DNA of 64,000 nt from Fibrobacteria bacterium (GCA_043745805.1 JAYTSD010000004.1:64001-128000); one strand, 5' to 3'. Counted from the stretch's first letter, positions 10,385 through 21,050 are shown. Notes: a model not told the origin generated them from the sequence alone. Translations and numbers: made by a program.

Positions 10385-11287
10385 ATGGCAGAAATTACTT
10401 TAGCATTAGTGACTTATAATCAAGCATATTATTTAAAAATTTTTCTCCAAAATTATTTATTACATAATCATATGGGTATTCCCTTACTAATTATTGATGA
10501 TGGCTCTACAGATGAAACCTCTGCATTATTAAAAAAAGTTCCCCCTTCGATTAAAGTATTCAACACCTCACATCAAAGCATTGCCGCCGCACGCAATTTG
10601 GCTTTAAAAAATTGTGAGACCCCATGGATAGCTTTTTCGGATACCGACTGCATTTTAAGTGAAACCTATTTTAATTGTATACAGCAAATACCGAATAAAT
10701 ATGCCGGTTTCCCTGCCTTAGAAGGTTCGGTTTGGCCTCCTTATAAATCCATTCCACCCCTAACCCATTTTGTAATGAACCGTAAAGGTGGCATGTATGT
10801 TACTGCAAATATGGCTTACCATATTGAGTCTATAAATACATTGGGTGGATTTGATTTGGCCTTTGGAAATTATCGTGAAGATGTGGATTTAGCGCTAACT
10901 ATTTTGGAACAGAAAAAAACTATTCCTTTTTGGCTTGAATGGAAAGTGGAACACCCGTATATTCCGCGTAAATTTTGGAAAACTTTAAAAAATCTCTATA
11001 CAGATCAATACAAAATTGTGCAGACGGAAATTCGCTTATATGTAAAGCATCCGCTTACTTATAATAAAGTTCGCTTTGCAAACAATGCTGAAAGAACTTT
11101 AAAGAATTGGTGCCAAAGACATACCTTTGAAATTATTAAACAAAGATGGATTTATTTAAAAGAAAACAAATCCACTTCTTGGGGTGAATGGCTACATCGG
11201 ATAATCTTAAGTGGAGAAAGCATAATTATTGCTGTCGTGGAACAAGCTTGTCTTAATATATTTTATTTAAACCGTAGTAAAAATTAA
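10385..11287 (+). CDS. Glycosyltransferase family 2
   Basis: IDDGSTD, AARN, DTDC (DxD), GGFD...EDVD. Confidence 0.88.
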   Translation: MAEITLALVTYNQAYYLKIFLQNYLLHNHMGIPLLIIDDGSTDETSALLKKVPPSIKVFNTSHQSIAAARNLALKNCETPWIAFSDTDCILSETYFNCIQQIPNKYAGFPALEGSVWPPYKSIPPLTHFVMNRKGGMYVTANMAYHIESINTLGGFDLAFGNYREDVDLALTILEQKKTIPFWLEWKVEHPYIPRKFWKTLKNLYTDQYKIVQTEIRLYVKHPLTYNKVRFANNAERTLKNWCQRHTFEIIKQRWIYLKENKSTSWGEWLHRIILSGESIIIAVVEQACLNIFYLNRSKN

Positions 11288-11293
11288 CTCTTC

Positions 11294-12430
11294 ATGTTAC
11301 CCACTAATCCCAAAAAGAAAATCCTAATCATTTGGCATGGATCTATCGTTCCTGCTTATCAAGATTTTTTCGTAGCTTTGTCGAAATTTTATCAAGTCAG
11401 AGTATTAGTACCCAAACAATGGACGCATGGTTCCGCATTATATTCTAGCCACGAAACACTTCCTAAATCAAAAAACAACATCCCTTGTGAATTTATACTT
11501 TCCACTTATTGGCCTAAACATAGCGCAAAATATTTAGTTCCGGCCTTAATACCACAACTCATAAGTTACCATCCCGATATCCTTTATATCATGGATGAAA
11601 GGGATAGAATAAATACGGCGATTCATTTAGGCTTGGCCAAATTATTAAGGCCGAAAATAAAAACTGCAACCTATTCTTTGCAAAACATTTTAAATCCCGC
11701 TTATCACAAAAGTTATCATCGATTAGCTTATGTAATCAATAATCATTTAACCGATATTGCCTTAGCCGCCAGCACTGAGGCATTAGAAGTATTACAACAA
11801 ATGGATTACCGAGGAGTTATGGCAACCATTCCACTTTCCGTGAATGCTGAGCTGTTCATTCCCCTCCCAAAATCAATGCTCACTTCCGAAACATTAAACA
11901 CAAAAATCCATTTACTATATGCTGGAAGTTTACATCAAGCAAAAGGACTGGCTCTCTTATCCCAAGCTTTACCACTTTTTCCCCATATACAATTACATAT
12001 TGCAGGTAATGGTCCCTTACTCCCTACTCTGCAAAAACAATTAGGGCCACAATTAATTTATCATGGAACATTAACAGGACAAGATTTAATTGCCTTTTAC
12101 CATTTGGGTGATTATGTAATTTTACCTTCACTCATAACTCAAAACTGGAAAGAACAAATTGGTCGCGTACTTTTGGAAGCCATTTGTTGTGGCTGCACCG
12201 CTTTGGGAAGTAATTCAGGTTATATTCCCCAACTCACTTTGTTTCCAGAAGTTACCTTTCAAGCAAATGAACTTTCATCATTGCAAGATTTATTAACTCG
12301 ATTAATTTCCTTAGACAAGCAAAACATTTGGCAAAAACAATATGAAAATATTTTGCAAAATTATAGCAATCCAAAAATAGCTGAAAAAACTTTTCACGCA
12401 CTAAATCAAACAAAAAATAAAACCTTATGA
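11294..12430 (+). CDS. Glycosyltransferase family 4
   Basis: YAGSLHQAKG, WKEQIGRVLLEA. Confidence 0.85.
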   Translation: MLPTNPKKKILIIWHGSIVPAYQDFFVALSKFYQVRVLVPKQWTHGSALYSSHETLPKSKNNIPCEFILSTYWPKHSAKYLVPALIPQLISYHPDILYIMDERDRINTAIHLGLAKLLRPKIKTATYSLQNILNPAYHKSYHRLAYVINNHLTDIALAASTEALEVLQQMDYRGVMATIPLSVNAELFIPLPKSMLTSETLNTKIHLLYAGSLHQAKGLALLSQALPLFPHIQLHIAGNGPLLPTLQKQLGPQLIYHGTLTGQDLIAFYHLGDYVILPSLITQNWKEQIGRVLLEAICCGCTALGSNSGYIPQLTLFPEVTFQANELSSLQDLLTRLISLDKQNIWQKQYENILQNYSNPKIAEKTFHALNQTKNKTL

Positions 12431-13512
12431 AAATTGCTTTCCTGCATCGCGATCTACCTCCCGACTCTTATACCGGAGTGGCCCTACAGGTGCATAGGCT
12501 GGCCAATGCTTTGACGCGATTAGGACATAGCGTGACTATTTTTACGCATACGTCGCCCTCACCCGAAGCGCTTTATCAAGTACAATTAATCAATTCTATT
12601 TACTTTCGTATCGTCCAAAAATACTTTTCACCTTGGAAACGCTTACTTTTCCCAATCGGTTATCGGTTTTTAAGTTTTTCAGAATTTGACATTATACATA
12701 TTCATGGCGATGGCGGATTTTTAAAATACCAAACAAATTATTTACGCTCCTTTTATGGTACGGCCGCCTTAGAAAGAAAATTTTCTTTACACTGGAAAGG
12801 CAAGTTAGCACAAAGCATTTCTTATTTATTGGAAAAGAGAGAAAGTCAGCGGTCGCCACTGAGCACTGGTATTTCGCCCCATATAACAAATTATTTGCCC
12901 CAAGTAAAAAATATTATTCCTTGTATGTTACCGCAACCTATTTCTGAAACACCCTGTGAAAAATCAACTGCCCCAATGCTTTTGTTTTTAGGATCCAGAA
13001 ATTCTCGAAAGCAAGGAGACGCCATGCTTACACTTTTTAAAAAAATCCATTTACAAATCCCTACTGCCATTTTGGAATATGTGAGTTCGATTCATGATGC
13101 TGAATCCTTGAAAAAAACCGTGGCTTTAAATTCCGAAAGTTGGGCAAAACAAATTCGAATTAGTTATAAGTTATCCTCCGACGACTTACAAAAATTATAT
13201 GGCAAAAGTTGGATCTATATAAGCCTTTCAACCTATGAAGGTTTTGGCGTTAGTTTAATAGAAGCCATGGCCGCAGGTTGCATAGTATTCTCTACTTTAC
13301 ATCCTGGCTCAGAATTTATTTTGCAGGATGGAAACAATGGATATTTTCTCGAAAACTCCATTTCGCCTGAAAAAGTAATCTGGGCTTTACAAAATTACTC
13401 CACACAAAAAAAAATCGGCCTAAATGCGCAGAAATTTGCCCATCCATTTGAACCCCAAGAGATTGCTGAAAAGTACCTTACACTCTATGCTACAATTAAA
13501 GCAAAATGCTGA
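12427..13512 (+). CDS. Glycosyltransferase family 4
   Basis: YEGFGVSLIEAMAAG. Confidence 0.88.
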   Translation: MKIAFLHRDLPPDSYTGVALQVHRLANALTRLGHSVTIFTHTSPSPEALYQVQLINSIYFRIVQKYFSPWKRLLFPIGYRFLSFSEFDIIHIHGDGGFLKYQTNYLRSFYGTAALERKFSLHWKGKLAQSISYLLEKRESQRSPLSTGISPHITNYLPQVKNIIPCMLPQPISETPCEKSTAPMLLFLGSRNSRKQGDAMLTLFKKIHLQIPTAILEYVSSIHDAESLKKTVALNSESWAKQIRISYKLSSDDLQKLYGKSWIYISLSTYEGFGVSLIEAMAAGCIVFSTLHPGSEFILQDGNNGYFLENSISPEKVIWALQNYSTQKKIGLNAQKFAHPFEPQEIAEKYLTLYATIKAKC

Positions 13513-15032
13513 ATTATTTAGTGAATAAGTTTAAGCAAAATAGCTTCCAAACATGGATGCTAATTTTGCTTCCTCTTGTGGGAACGCTCTTTGCTTATCG
13601 CCTAGTTAAAATTCCCTCTCGTATTGAGATCGCCATTTTTTTTATTGGCGTCTTTCTATTTCCCAGTTTAAAGTTCCCTAATTTTTCGATCTACTATTTA
13701 TTTAGTATACCTTGCTTTATACCCATGTTTCGCCGAATGTATTACTTGGTCGCCGATAGGCCTACGGTTGATTATTTGATGCTTATCTCAGATGGTATTA
13801 TGGTTTTCTTTTTTATTGCTTTGGTTTTTCTTTGGGTTTATAACAAAGAGAAAGTCGAAGATAAAATGTCCGTACTTATTATGTCCTATAGTTTTTGGCT
13901 ATTTTCGAAAATATTCATATTAAATGAAAGTACCGTGCTGGAAGGTTTCTATGGCTTTAAATTCAATGGACTCTATATTCCTTTTTATTTTGCAGGGAGT
14001 TATTTGATACGTAACTCTTTAGAATTAAAAAAAATTTTACGTTTCGTAACCTATATTCTGATATTCACCGCGCTTTATGGCATTAAACAAATTGTGTTTG
14101 GATTTAGTAATTTTGAGCAAAGTTGGATTGACTCTATTGCCTTCACTACTTTAAAAATCGAAGGTGTAGTACGCCCTTTTTCCACATTTGTATCTCCTGC
14201 AGCGATGTCGGATGCTATGAGTGCGCTTATTTTATTCGGTGCATTTTGGTTAATTATAAAACAAAATTTTTGTTGGGCATTGGGATTATTAGCTATAGTT
14301 TCAGCTATACCTCCTATATTAATCGCTACGGTGCGTACTAATTGGTTTGCATCCATAGCTGGACTCGGATTTTATTTTGGCTATTTACGGATAAAACAAA
14401 AATGGCTAAAAATTGCGGGTCTATTGTTAATTATTTGCTTTAGTATTTTTTATTCCTCCAAAACCGACACCAAAATCGATAGTGATAATGCGCGCTTGTC
14501 CGGTCAAAGCAAACATGAAAAACGTTCGCTTAGCGATATAATGATTAAAAATCGTACCCAAGCTTTAACCAATCCCTTACAAGAATATAGTCTACAAAAG
14601 CGTATGGAAATTTGGACGGATATTTGGAACGGATCATTTGTACAGCCTTTAGGAAAAGGCATGGGAACGTCCGGCTATGCACACAGTTATTATTTTCAGC
14701 TCCTAGGCGAAGCAGGTTTTCCCGGCATAGCGCTTTATCTCACCATACTCATTATTTTATTTCGAAGGTGTTTTATCATTCTTAAAAATAATCTGGACAA
14801 AAATGATTTAGAAATGACTCGATTTTTTTTAACTATACTTTTCACGTTCTCTATTTTAAATATTACTGGAACGCATTTATGTTCAAACCCTGCTGACATT
14901 TTATTTTGGTTTAGTGGGGGAGCCATTTCTTATTTATTTAAAAAAACTTTAGCAGAAAAAACTATCGCTAATGCCATGGCAATTACAAGTAAATTTCCTC
15001 CCCTTTCGGAACTCGAAGCGAGACAACTTTAA
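13506..15032 (+). CDS. O-antigen ligase/Wzy-like polymerase membrane protein
   Basis: Many TMs, RPFSTF, R...W...PLGKGMG...AHSYY..LGEAG periplasmic loop motif. Confidence 0.75.
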   Translation: MLNYLVNKFKQNSFQTWMLILLPLVGTLFAYRLVKIPSRIEIAIFFIGVFLFPSLKFPNFSIYYLFSIPCFIPMFRRMYYLVADRPTVDYLMLISDGIMVFFFIALVFLWVYNKEKVEDKMSVLIMSYSFWLFSKIFILNESTVLEGFYGFKFNGLYIPFYFAGSYLIRNSLELKKILRFVTYILIFTALYGIKQIVFGFSNFEQSWIDSIAFTTLKIEGVVRPFSTFVSPAAMSDAMSALILFGAFWLIIKQNFCWALGLLAIVSAIPPILIATVRTNWFASIAGLGFYFGYLRIKQKWLKIAGLLLIICFSIFYSSKTDTKIDSDNARLSGQSKHEKRSLSDIMIKNRTQALTNPLQEYSLQKRMEIWTDIWNGSFVQPLGKGMGTSGYAHSYYFQLLGEAGFPGIALYLTILIILFRRCFIILKNNLDKNDLEMTRFFLTILFTFSILNITGTHLCSNPADILFWFSGGAISYLFKKTLAEKTIANAMAITSKFPPLSELEARQL

Positions 15033-16138
15033 TGCCCACTATTCTGATCATTGGACATCCTTTAGTAGCCATCGAAAACAGTTTAGCTTTTGAACCTTTG
15101 GAAGGTTTTAATATTTATCTTATTGCACCTACATCATGGAAGGCTCGTAGTTTGGGACATAGTTATACCAAACAATATTCGTTAACAAAGTCCAATACAA
15201 ATTTAAAACAACTGTTTCTACCCGTTTGGTTTTCTGGTTATAATTCTTTATTTCTTTGGCGTGGCTTAAGCAAACAATTAAAAAAAATCCGTCCCGATTT
15301 AATTTATTGTTGGGAAGAACCATGGTGCCTAGCCACTTGGCAAATTCGTAAAACCGCATCCTATTTAAATAAACCTTGGATTTTTTATTCCGCAGAAAAT
15401 AGACCTAAAGCACTACCTTGGTTTTTCCAAAGACTACAAAAATTAGCATTTATCAGTAGCATGGGTTGTATTGCGCCTACCGATGCAGTAACTCATCAGT
15501 TACGTTATTTGGGATTTAAAAAACCTGTGGGAATTGTTCCTCTATGGGTTCGTCCTTCCCAAAACCATCTCTTTGATACCAACAAACCCTGCCTAGCTTA
15601 TGTAGGTCGACTCATTACTTTAAAGCGAGTAGACTGGTTGATTGAAGCACTAATTTGGCTGCCTGATTTTACCTTAAAAATTATTGGAGATGGTCCAGAA
15701 CGCTCCGCCTTAAAAAATTTAGCCCAGCAATGCAAATGCGAAAATCGAGTTTTATTTTTTGGGCATTGTCCTAATGAAAAAATCCCGGAGGCATTAATAG
15801 ATTGTGGACTAGTTGTTATTCCCACTGCAGAAACATCACAACGTGCAGAGCAATTTGGCAAAGCCGCATTAGAAGGTATAGCTTATGGGTTACCTGTACT
15901 AACGAGCCGAAGCGGGCATTATCCTGAATTAGAAAAACAAATCCCCACTTTAAGCGCCCAAGATTTTACAAATCCACAAGGACTTGCCGAAAGTATTAAA
16001 TCTATTTTTGCGAATTATCCCAGCCTAGAAACGCGCTTGATGGCTCGCGAAAGAGTTAATCGCTTGTATGGCCCGACAGCGGCGGCTGCCGCCATACATA
16101 CATTTTTCATTTCTCTATTTCAAAAAATCGATGGCTAA
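15032..16138 (+). CDS. Glycosyltransferase family 4
   Basis: YVGRLITLKR, AEQFGKAALEGIAYGLPV. Confidence 0.87.
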   Translation: MPTILIIGHPLVAIENSLAFEPLEGFNIYLIAPTSWKARSLGHSYTKQYSLTKSNTNLKQLFLPVWFSGYNSLFLWRGLSKQLKKIRPDLIYCWEEPWCLATWQIRKTASYLNKPWIFYSAENRPKALPWFFQRLQKLAFISSMGCIAPTDAVTHQLRYLGFKKPVGIVPLWVRPSQNHLFDTNKPCLAYVGRLITLKRVDWLIEALIWLPDFTLKIIGDGPERSALKNLAQQCKCENRVLFFGHCPNEKIPEALIDCGLVVIPTAETSQRAEQFGKAALEGIAYGLPVLTSRSGHYPELEKQIPTLSAQDFTNPQGLAESIKSIFANYPSLETRLMARERVNRLYGPTAAAAAIHTFFISLFQKIDG

Positions 16139-17264
16139 AAGTAATGCTCACCTACGTCGCTGCGAAGAATTTATTTCACGCATTTTATTGTCCATTTATG
16201 GTTTTTTTTATCTTAAAAAAAAGCCTCCATCCAAGCCCATAGGTCGCATTTTATTATGTAAAACCTGTTGTTTAGGTGATGCGGTATTAACGCTCTATGC
16301 CATTCGCGCCTTTAAATATCAATATCCGGATATCGAATTGCATGTATTAGCCAGTCGTCGCGTAGAAAATGTGTATGTGCAATCCTCACTCATCACTCAA
16401 GTACATACACTTCCCTTAACAGGCCGTAACTTAGTCCAAGAATTATTGCAAATAAGTTTTTGGGTAAATCTTATGCGAACTTTTATACGGCTGCGCCAAT
16501 TAGAGTTTACTCAATATATTGATTTTGAATTATATCGCAGCTATGGGAGTTTTGTAAAAACCCTTTTGGGAATTCCTTTTTCACGCGGATTTTCGGTTAC
16601 CGGCGCTCCCGATAAATTTCATGACTTAAATATCGAACGACAACGAAACATTCCGGAATGGGAGTGTTTTTATGCCTTACTTGGCTTAAATATTCCAACC
16701 GAAAAACCAGCCCCAATTTATTTTCCCTTAAAAAAGAGTATGCCTTTAAAAAGACTCGGTATTGTGTTTGGCTCCTCATTTAATTGGCCGCAAAAAAAAT
16801 GGCCGCGAGAAAATTTTGCAACTGCCATTCAACAATTAGGATTAATATATCCGGATTTGGAAATAATAATTTTTGGTGTACCCTCCGAAAACGAAGATGG
16901 AAAGTGGATTGAAACACATACTTCATCAATTCTGCGCATCCAAAATACCGTTGGCCAACTTCACTTTAATGGATTAATTGAAATGCTATCCACTTGCGAT
17001 GCTGTATTTGGAAATGATACGGGAACCATGCATGTCGCTGCCGCATGTGGAATCCCCACCTTTACTTTATTTGGACCCACACGGCCTTTAAAATGGAATC
17101 CGTTGACCTCGATTCCCATTTTTATCGACCTACCTTGTCGCCCCTGTTATTATTTGGGATCGATGCCCGATTGCAATCATTTCAGTTGCCTTAAACAATT
17201 AAAACCCGAAATTGTGGTCGCACAAATAGAAAAGTTCTTCGGTAAAAAATCAGTTTCGTGTTAA
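16131..17264 (+). CDS. Glycosyltransferase family 9 (heptosyltransferase-like)
   Basis: LGDAVL, KKWP, GNDTGTMHVAAA, LFGPT, CRPC; start inferred at ATG 16131. Confidence 0.88.
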   Translation: MAKSNAHLRRCEEFISRILLSIYGFFYLKKKPPSKPIGRILLCKTCCLGDAVLTLYAIRAFKYQYPDIELHVLASRRVENVYVQSSLITQVHTLPLTGRNLVQELLQISFWVNLMRTFIRLRQLEFTQYIDFELYRSYGSFVKTLLGIPFSRGFSVTGAPDKFHDLNIERQRNIPEWECFYALLGLNIPTEKPAPIYFPLKKSMPLKRLGIVFGSSFNWPQKKWPRENFATAIQQLGLIYPDLEIIIFGVPSENEDGKWIETHTSSILRIQNTVGQLHFNGLIEMLSTCDAVFGNDTGTMHVAAACGIPTFTLFGPTRPLKWNPLTSIPIFIDLPCRPCYYLGSMPDCNHFSCLKQLKPEIVVAQIEKFFGKKSVSC

Positions 17265-17275
17265 ATTAAACTTAC

Positions 17276-18310
17276 ATGAAAAAGAAAAAAACTTGGGCCA
17301 TGCCCTCTGCATTCGTTTTGATTTTGGGCTTTTGTCTTTGCACCATTGGACTCGCCTTAATTTGGAAAAGTACACCCAATCCACAACTAGAAAAAGACCC
17401 TGCCAGCGGATTTGTGCTTTATGAAGTGACCTCAAAATTATCCTTAGGTGAATTATCTACCGACTTACAAGCCAAAGGTTTAATTCCCGAAAAACATTTG
17501 TTCAAATGGTTTTTACGCCTCACACAGCAAGACCGAAAAATCCGCGCGGGCTATTATTATTTATCACCCTCCAATTCCACTTTGAAAATGGCTTGGAAGC
17601 TAACTACTGGTAAAATGGCTACACGTTCCGTGTCTATTCCCGAAGGTAAAGCCAGTTGGGAGATTTATTCGCTTATAAATAATATTATCCCCATCGACAG
17701 TTTGCAGTTCGACTCATTAGTCCATAGTCAAGCCTTCGCCAAAGAACAGGGCATCCATGCGCCGAGCTTGGAAGGTTATTTGTTTCCCGAAACCTATGTG
17801 TTACCTTTAAAAATTTCGGCCCATGACATATTGAAAATCATGACCCAGCAATTTCATACCGTGATTGGAGATGTCGCCAAGGACTCGCCAGTGATACAAA
17901 AATATGGCGTCAATGGATGGATCACTTTAGCATCCATTGTGGAAAAAGAAGCGGCGGTAAAAAGTGAACAAAGTTTAATTGCAGGAGTATTTTATAAACG
18001 CTTACAATTAGGTTGGAGTCTAGGAGCGGATCCCACGGTGCGTTTTATTTTGCATAAATTAACTGGACCCTTGTACGCTTCGGAACTCGATAACAATTCG
18101 CCCTACAATACCCGTAAATTCCCAGGCCTTCCTCCCGGTCCTATTTGCAGCCCAGGGAAAATGGCTTTGCTCGCTAGTTTAAATCCTCCCGAAACGAATA
18201 ATCTTTATTTTGTGGCCAAAGATGATGGCTCCAGAGAACATTTTTTTTCGCGTAATAATGAAGAACATATGCGGTATAAATCTCGCGCTGCGGCAAATCG
18301 GGGAAAGTAG
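17276..18310 (+). CDS. mltG: Endolytic transglycosylase MltG
   Basis: IPEG, LEGYLFPETY, LASIVEKE, SPYNT..GLPPGPI, LYFVA. Confidence 0.93.
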   Translation: MKKKKTWAMPSAFVLILGFCLCTIGLALIWKSTPNPQLEKDPASGFVLYEVTSKLSLGELSTDLQAKGLIPEKHLFKWFLRLTQQDRKIRAGYYYLSPSNSTLKMAWKLTTGKMATRSVSIPEGKASWEIYSLINNIIPIDSLQFDSLVHSQAFAKEQGIHAPSLEGYLFPETYVLPLKISAHDILKIMTQQFHTVIGDVAKDSPVIQKYGVNGWITLASIVEKEAAVKSEQSLIAGVFYKRLQLGWSLGADPTVRFILHKLTGPLYASELDNNSPYNTRKFPGLPPGPICSPGKMALLASLNPPETNNLYFVAKDDGSREHFFSRNNEEHMRYKSRAAANRGK

Positions 18311-18636
18311 TATTACTCCCCATATTCCCTTTTTAAAGGGGAAACATTAAAGTTACGGTTAAAAAAAATATTTTACAAATTTGGAATTGTTAAAAATGAA
18401 GTGGCAAACTTTGTAAATAGAGTGTCGAAAATACCTTGTTTTAAAGGATTTTAACCAACGACACTTGGCTATGCCCCAATATTGGCAGGGGTTGTAAAAC
18501 AAATCGATTTCTCCTTATATGTAAAATCCCCCGAATGGGGGATGCCATACCCCCATTCTCGCATGTAGCCTTCAAATACAGACCAAGCGCAGCCCTACTC
18601 TAAGGTCTGATGCAGCAGAATAAAAGGAGAGGACCT

Positions 18637-19311
18637 ATGAGCACAGTGACAGTCCAAGCCGAACCCCAAGCCATTGAAATTGATCCCGCCAAAACAGCTA
18701 TTGTGATAATCGATATGCAAAGAGATTTTTTGTTACCTGGTGGTTTTGGGGAATCCTTGGGAAATGATGTATCCCTTTTGCAAAAGGCTGTCGGACCAAT
18801 TGATGCCTTGCTCAAAGGCACGCGAAAATTAGGCATGTTAATCATTCATACACGCGAAGGGCATCTTCCCGACTTGAGCGATGCACCCAAAGCAAAAATC
18901 GAACGCGGCGCGCCAAGCATACGTATCGGAGCGCCAGGTCCTATGGGACGCATTTTAATTCGCGGTGAAATGGGCCATGACATCATAGATGCTTTGAAAC
19001 CTATGGCTGGAGAAGTGATTATCGACAAACCGGGTAAGGGTGCCTTTTATGCTACGGAACTCGGCGCGATACTGAAACAAAATCATATTGAAAATCTCAT
19101 CGTCTGCGGCGTAACCACCGAAGTCTGCGTACATACCACGGTCCGTGAAGCCAATGATCGCGGTTATAAATGTATAGTGCCTGGTGATTGTTGCGCCTCG
19201 TATTTTCCAGAATTCCATGAAATGGGTTTGAAAATGATTAAAGCACAAGGCGGTATTTTTGGTTGGGTTTCTGATTCAACGAAAGTACTTGATGCTCTTA
19301 GCAAAGCCTAA
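18637..19311 (+). CDS. trtA: Isochorismatase-like cysteine hydrolase, triuret hydrolase subtype
   Basis: D-K-C triad (IDMQRDF, DKPGKGAF, GVTTEVCV); GGFGESLGND, ASYFP and QGGI match TrtA rather than BiuH as I recall those sequences; RBS AGGAGAGG before ATG 18637. Confidence 0.75.
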   Translation: MSTVTVQAEPQAIEIDPAKTAIVIIDMQRDFLLPGGFGESLGNDVSLLQKAVGPIDALLKGTRKLGMLIIHTREGHLPDLSDAPKAKIERGAPSIRIGAPGPMGRILIRGEMGHDIIDALKPMAGEVIIDKPGKGAFYATELGAILKQNHIENLIVCGVTTEVCVHTTVREANDRGYKCIVPGDCCASYFPEFHEMGLKMIKAQGGIFGWVSDSTKVLDALSKA

Positions 19312-19359
19312 TGAAGTTTATTTTCACTAAACAATTCACATAACATAGGAGTACTCAAT

Positions 19360-20976
19360 ATGAATGCCACCACAATGTCATCCTCAATGTTCAAACCAAA
19401 ACTTTGGGTACCCGGTGACTGGAATGCCTTATTTGGTTTCGGCACAAATATATTGGTGAATATGCTCACATTAAGTGGCTTGCTGCTTTTTGTATTGCAA
19501 ATGCCGCGCGAAATGGTATTTGGCCATATACTTCCCGCTGCGGGTATGATGATGTGCATGAGCACCATGTATTATGCATGGCTCGCTTATCGCCTCGCGC
19601 AAAAAACTGGTCGCACTGATGTATGCGCATTACCTTCAGGTATCAGTGTACCCCATATGTTTATCGTAACCTTAGTGATTATGTTACCCATAAAACTTGC
19701 AACGGGTGATCCAGTGAAAGCCTGGCAGGCAGGTCTTACATGGGTGTTTATTCAAAGCTTTGTATTAATGGGCGGCGGCTTCCTCGCTCCTATTATCCGA
19801 AGAATCACTCCTAAAGCCGCCTTGCTTGGCGCGCTTGCCGGTGTAGCTATAACTTTCATTTCCATGAAACCTGCTCTTGAAATGTTTATGACTCCTGTAG
19901 TGGGTGTGGTATGCTTCGCCATTATTATGGTCAGCTGGTTTGGCGGTGTGAAATATGGCGGCATCCCTGCAGGCCTTGTCGCTATTGCTGCAGGCTCACT
20001 CGTTGCTTGGGGTTCCAATTTATTTGGATTAAACTATGGGGGCATGACGGCGGAATCGCTTAAGGCTTCTTTTGGAACATTTGGATTTTCGGTGCCGCAT
20101 CCAGTAATCGGTTTAGTACTCGGTGGTTTACATTGGTCTTTTTTAAAAGTAATACTTGTTACGGCTATTCCTTTCGGCATATATGATCTCGTGGAAGCTA
20201 TGGATAATGTGGTAAGCGCTTCGGCAGCTGGCGATGAATATCCCACCACTCGCGTACTCACCGCCGATGGTGTAATAAGCCTTATCGGTTGTTTGATGGG
20301 CAATCCTTATATCAATGCTGTATATATCGGGCATCCCGGTTGGAAAGCGATGGGCGGTCGCATAGGTTACTCCGCCGCTACGGGGGTTATGATTATTATA
20401 CTCTCTTGGTTCGGCGTTATTTCTCTGATGACAGCCTTTATTCCCGTCGTCGCCATCTCCCCAATTCTGCTCTATATCGGCATGCTTATAGGCTCGCAAG
20501 CCTTTCAAGAAACCCCTCATCGCCATGCACCAGCTATCATTGTCGCCTTAGTCCCTTCACTCGCGGCTTGGGCTAAATTACAAATCGACAATTCTTTAGG
20601 CGCGGTATCCGGCATTCATCAAATTACGCCGGACATGATAGGTGCGATGAAACAAGTCGGCATAATGTATCATGGCCTTTCTATTTTGGGAGGTGGATCT
20701 ATTCTTTCGGGCGTTATACTCGGCGCAGTCACCATATTCATCATTGATCGTAGCTTTATGAAAGGCGCATGGTTCTCCATGGCTGGTGGTGTACTAACTT
20801 TCTTCGGTCTAATGCATGGCGAAGAAGTAGGTGCTTTTCAAAATCCAGGATTAGTATTTGCTTACTTTGCTGTAGGCGGTGTACTTTTCGCTTGCGCGCG
20901 TTTTTCCAAAGAACCCATTATGGTTCCTGACGAAGTGCAAGTAGAACATGAGCAAACGGCTGAGCTGGTGCATTAA
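19360..20976 (+). CDS. Nucleobase-type permease (NCS2/AzgA-like) of the kind found with biuret/triuret hydrolases
   Basis: WVPGDWNALFG, ALPSGISVPH, AVYIGHPGWKAMGGRIGYS; many TMs. Confidence 0.75.
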   Translation: MNATTMSSSMFKPKLWVPGDWNALFGFGTNILVNMLTLSGLLLFVLQMPREMVFGHILPAAGMMMCMSTMYYAWLAYRLAQKTGRTDVCALPSGISVPHMFIVTLVIMLPIKLATGDPVKAWQAGLTWVFIQSFVLMGGGFLAPIIRRITPKAALLGALAGVAITFISMKPALEMFMTPVVGVVCFAIIMVSWFGGVKYGGIPAGLVAIAAGSLVAWGSNLFGLNYGGMTAESLKASFGTFGFSVPHPVIGLVLGGLHWSFLKVILVTAIPFGIYDLVEAMDNVVSASAAGDEYPTTRVLTADGVISLIGCLMGNPYINAVYIGHPGWKAMGGRIGYSAATGVMIIILSWFGVISLMTAFIPVVAISPILLYIGMLIGSQAFQETPHRHAPAIIVALVPSLAAWAKLQIDNSLGAVSGIHQITPDMIGAMKQVGIMYHGLSILGGGSILSGVILGAVTIFIIDRSFMKGAWFSMAGGVLTFFGLMHGEEVGAFQNPGLVFAYFAVGGVLFACARFSKEPIMVPDEVQVEHEQTAELVH

Positions 20977-20990
20977 TTAATAAGTTTACG

Positions 20991-21027
20991 AGAAGGCGAT
21001 CTTTGAAAAAAGATTGCTTTTTGTTTT
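20991..21027 (+). terminator. Probable intrinsic terminator after the permease
   Basis: AGAAGGCGATCTTT-GAAA-AAAGATTGCTTTTT stem (with GU pairs) followed by T-rich tail. Confidence 0.6.
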
Positions 21028-21050
21028 GTGAATAATATCATTCCTATTTT

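Noticed and set aside
18400..18500. Sigma54 promoter or NtrC site upstream of trtA
   Set aside because: The TGGC(A) motifs lack GC at the required GG-N10-GC spacing, and the TGC..GCA spacing is one base short of the NtrC consensus
18637..19311. Call as biuret hydrolase BiuH
   Set aside because: GGFG..LGND, TEVC and SYFP fit TrtA; BiuH as I recall it has GGY...GYD and TDVC
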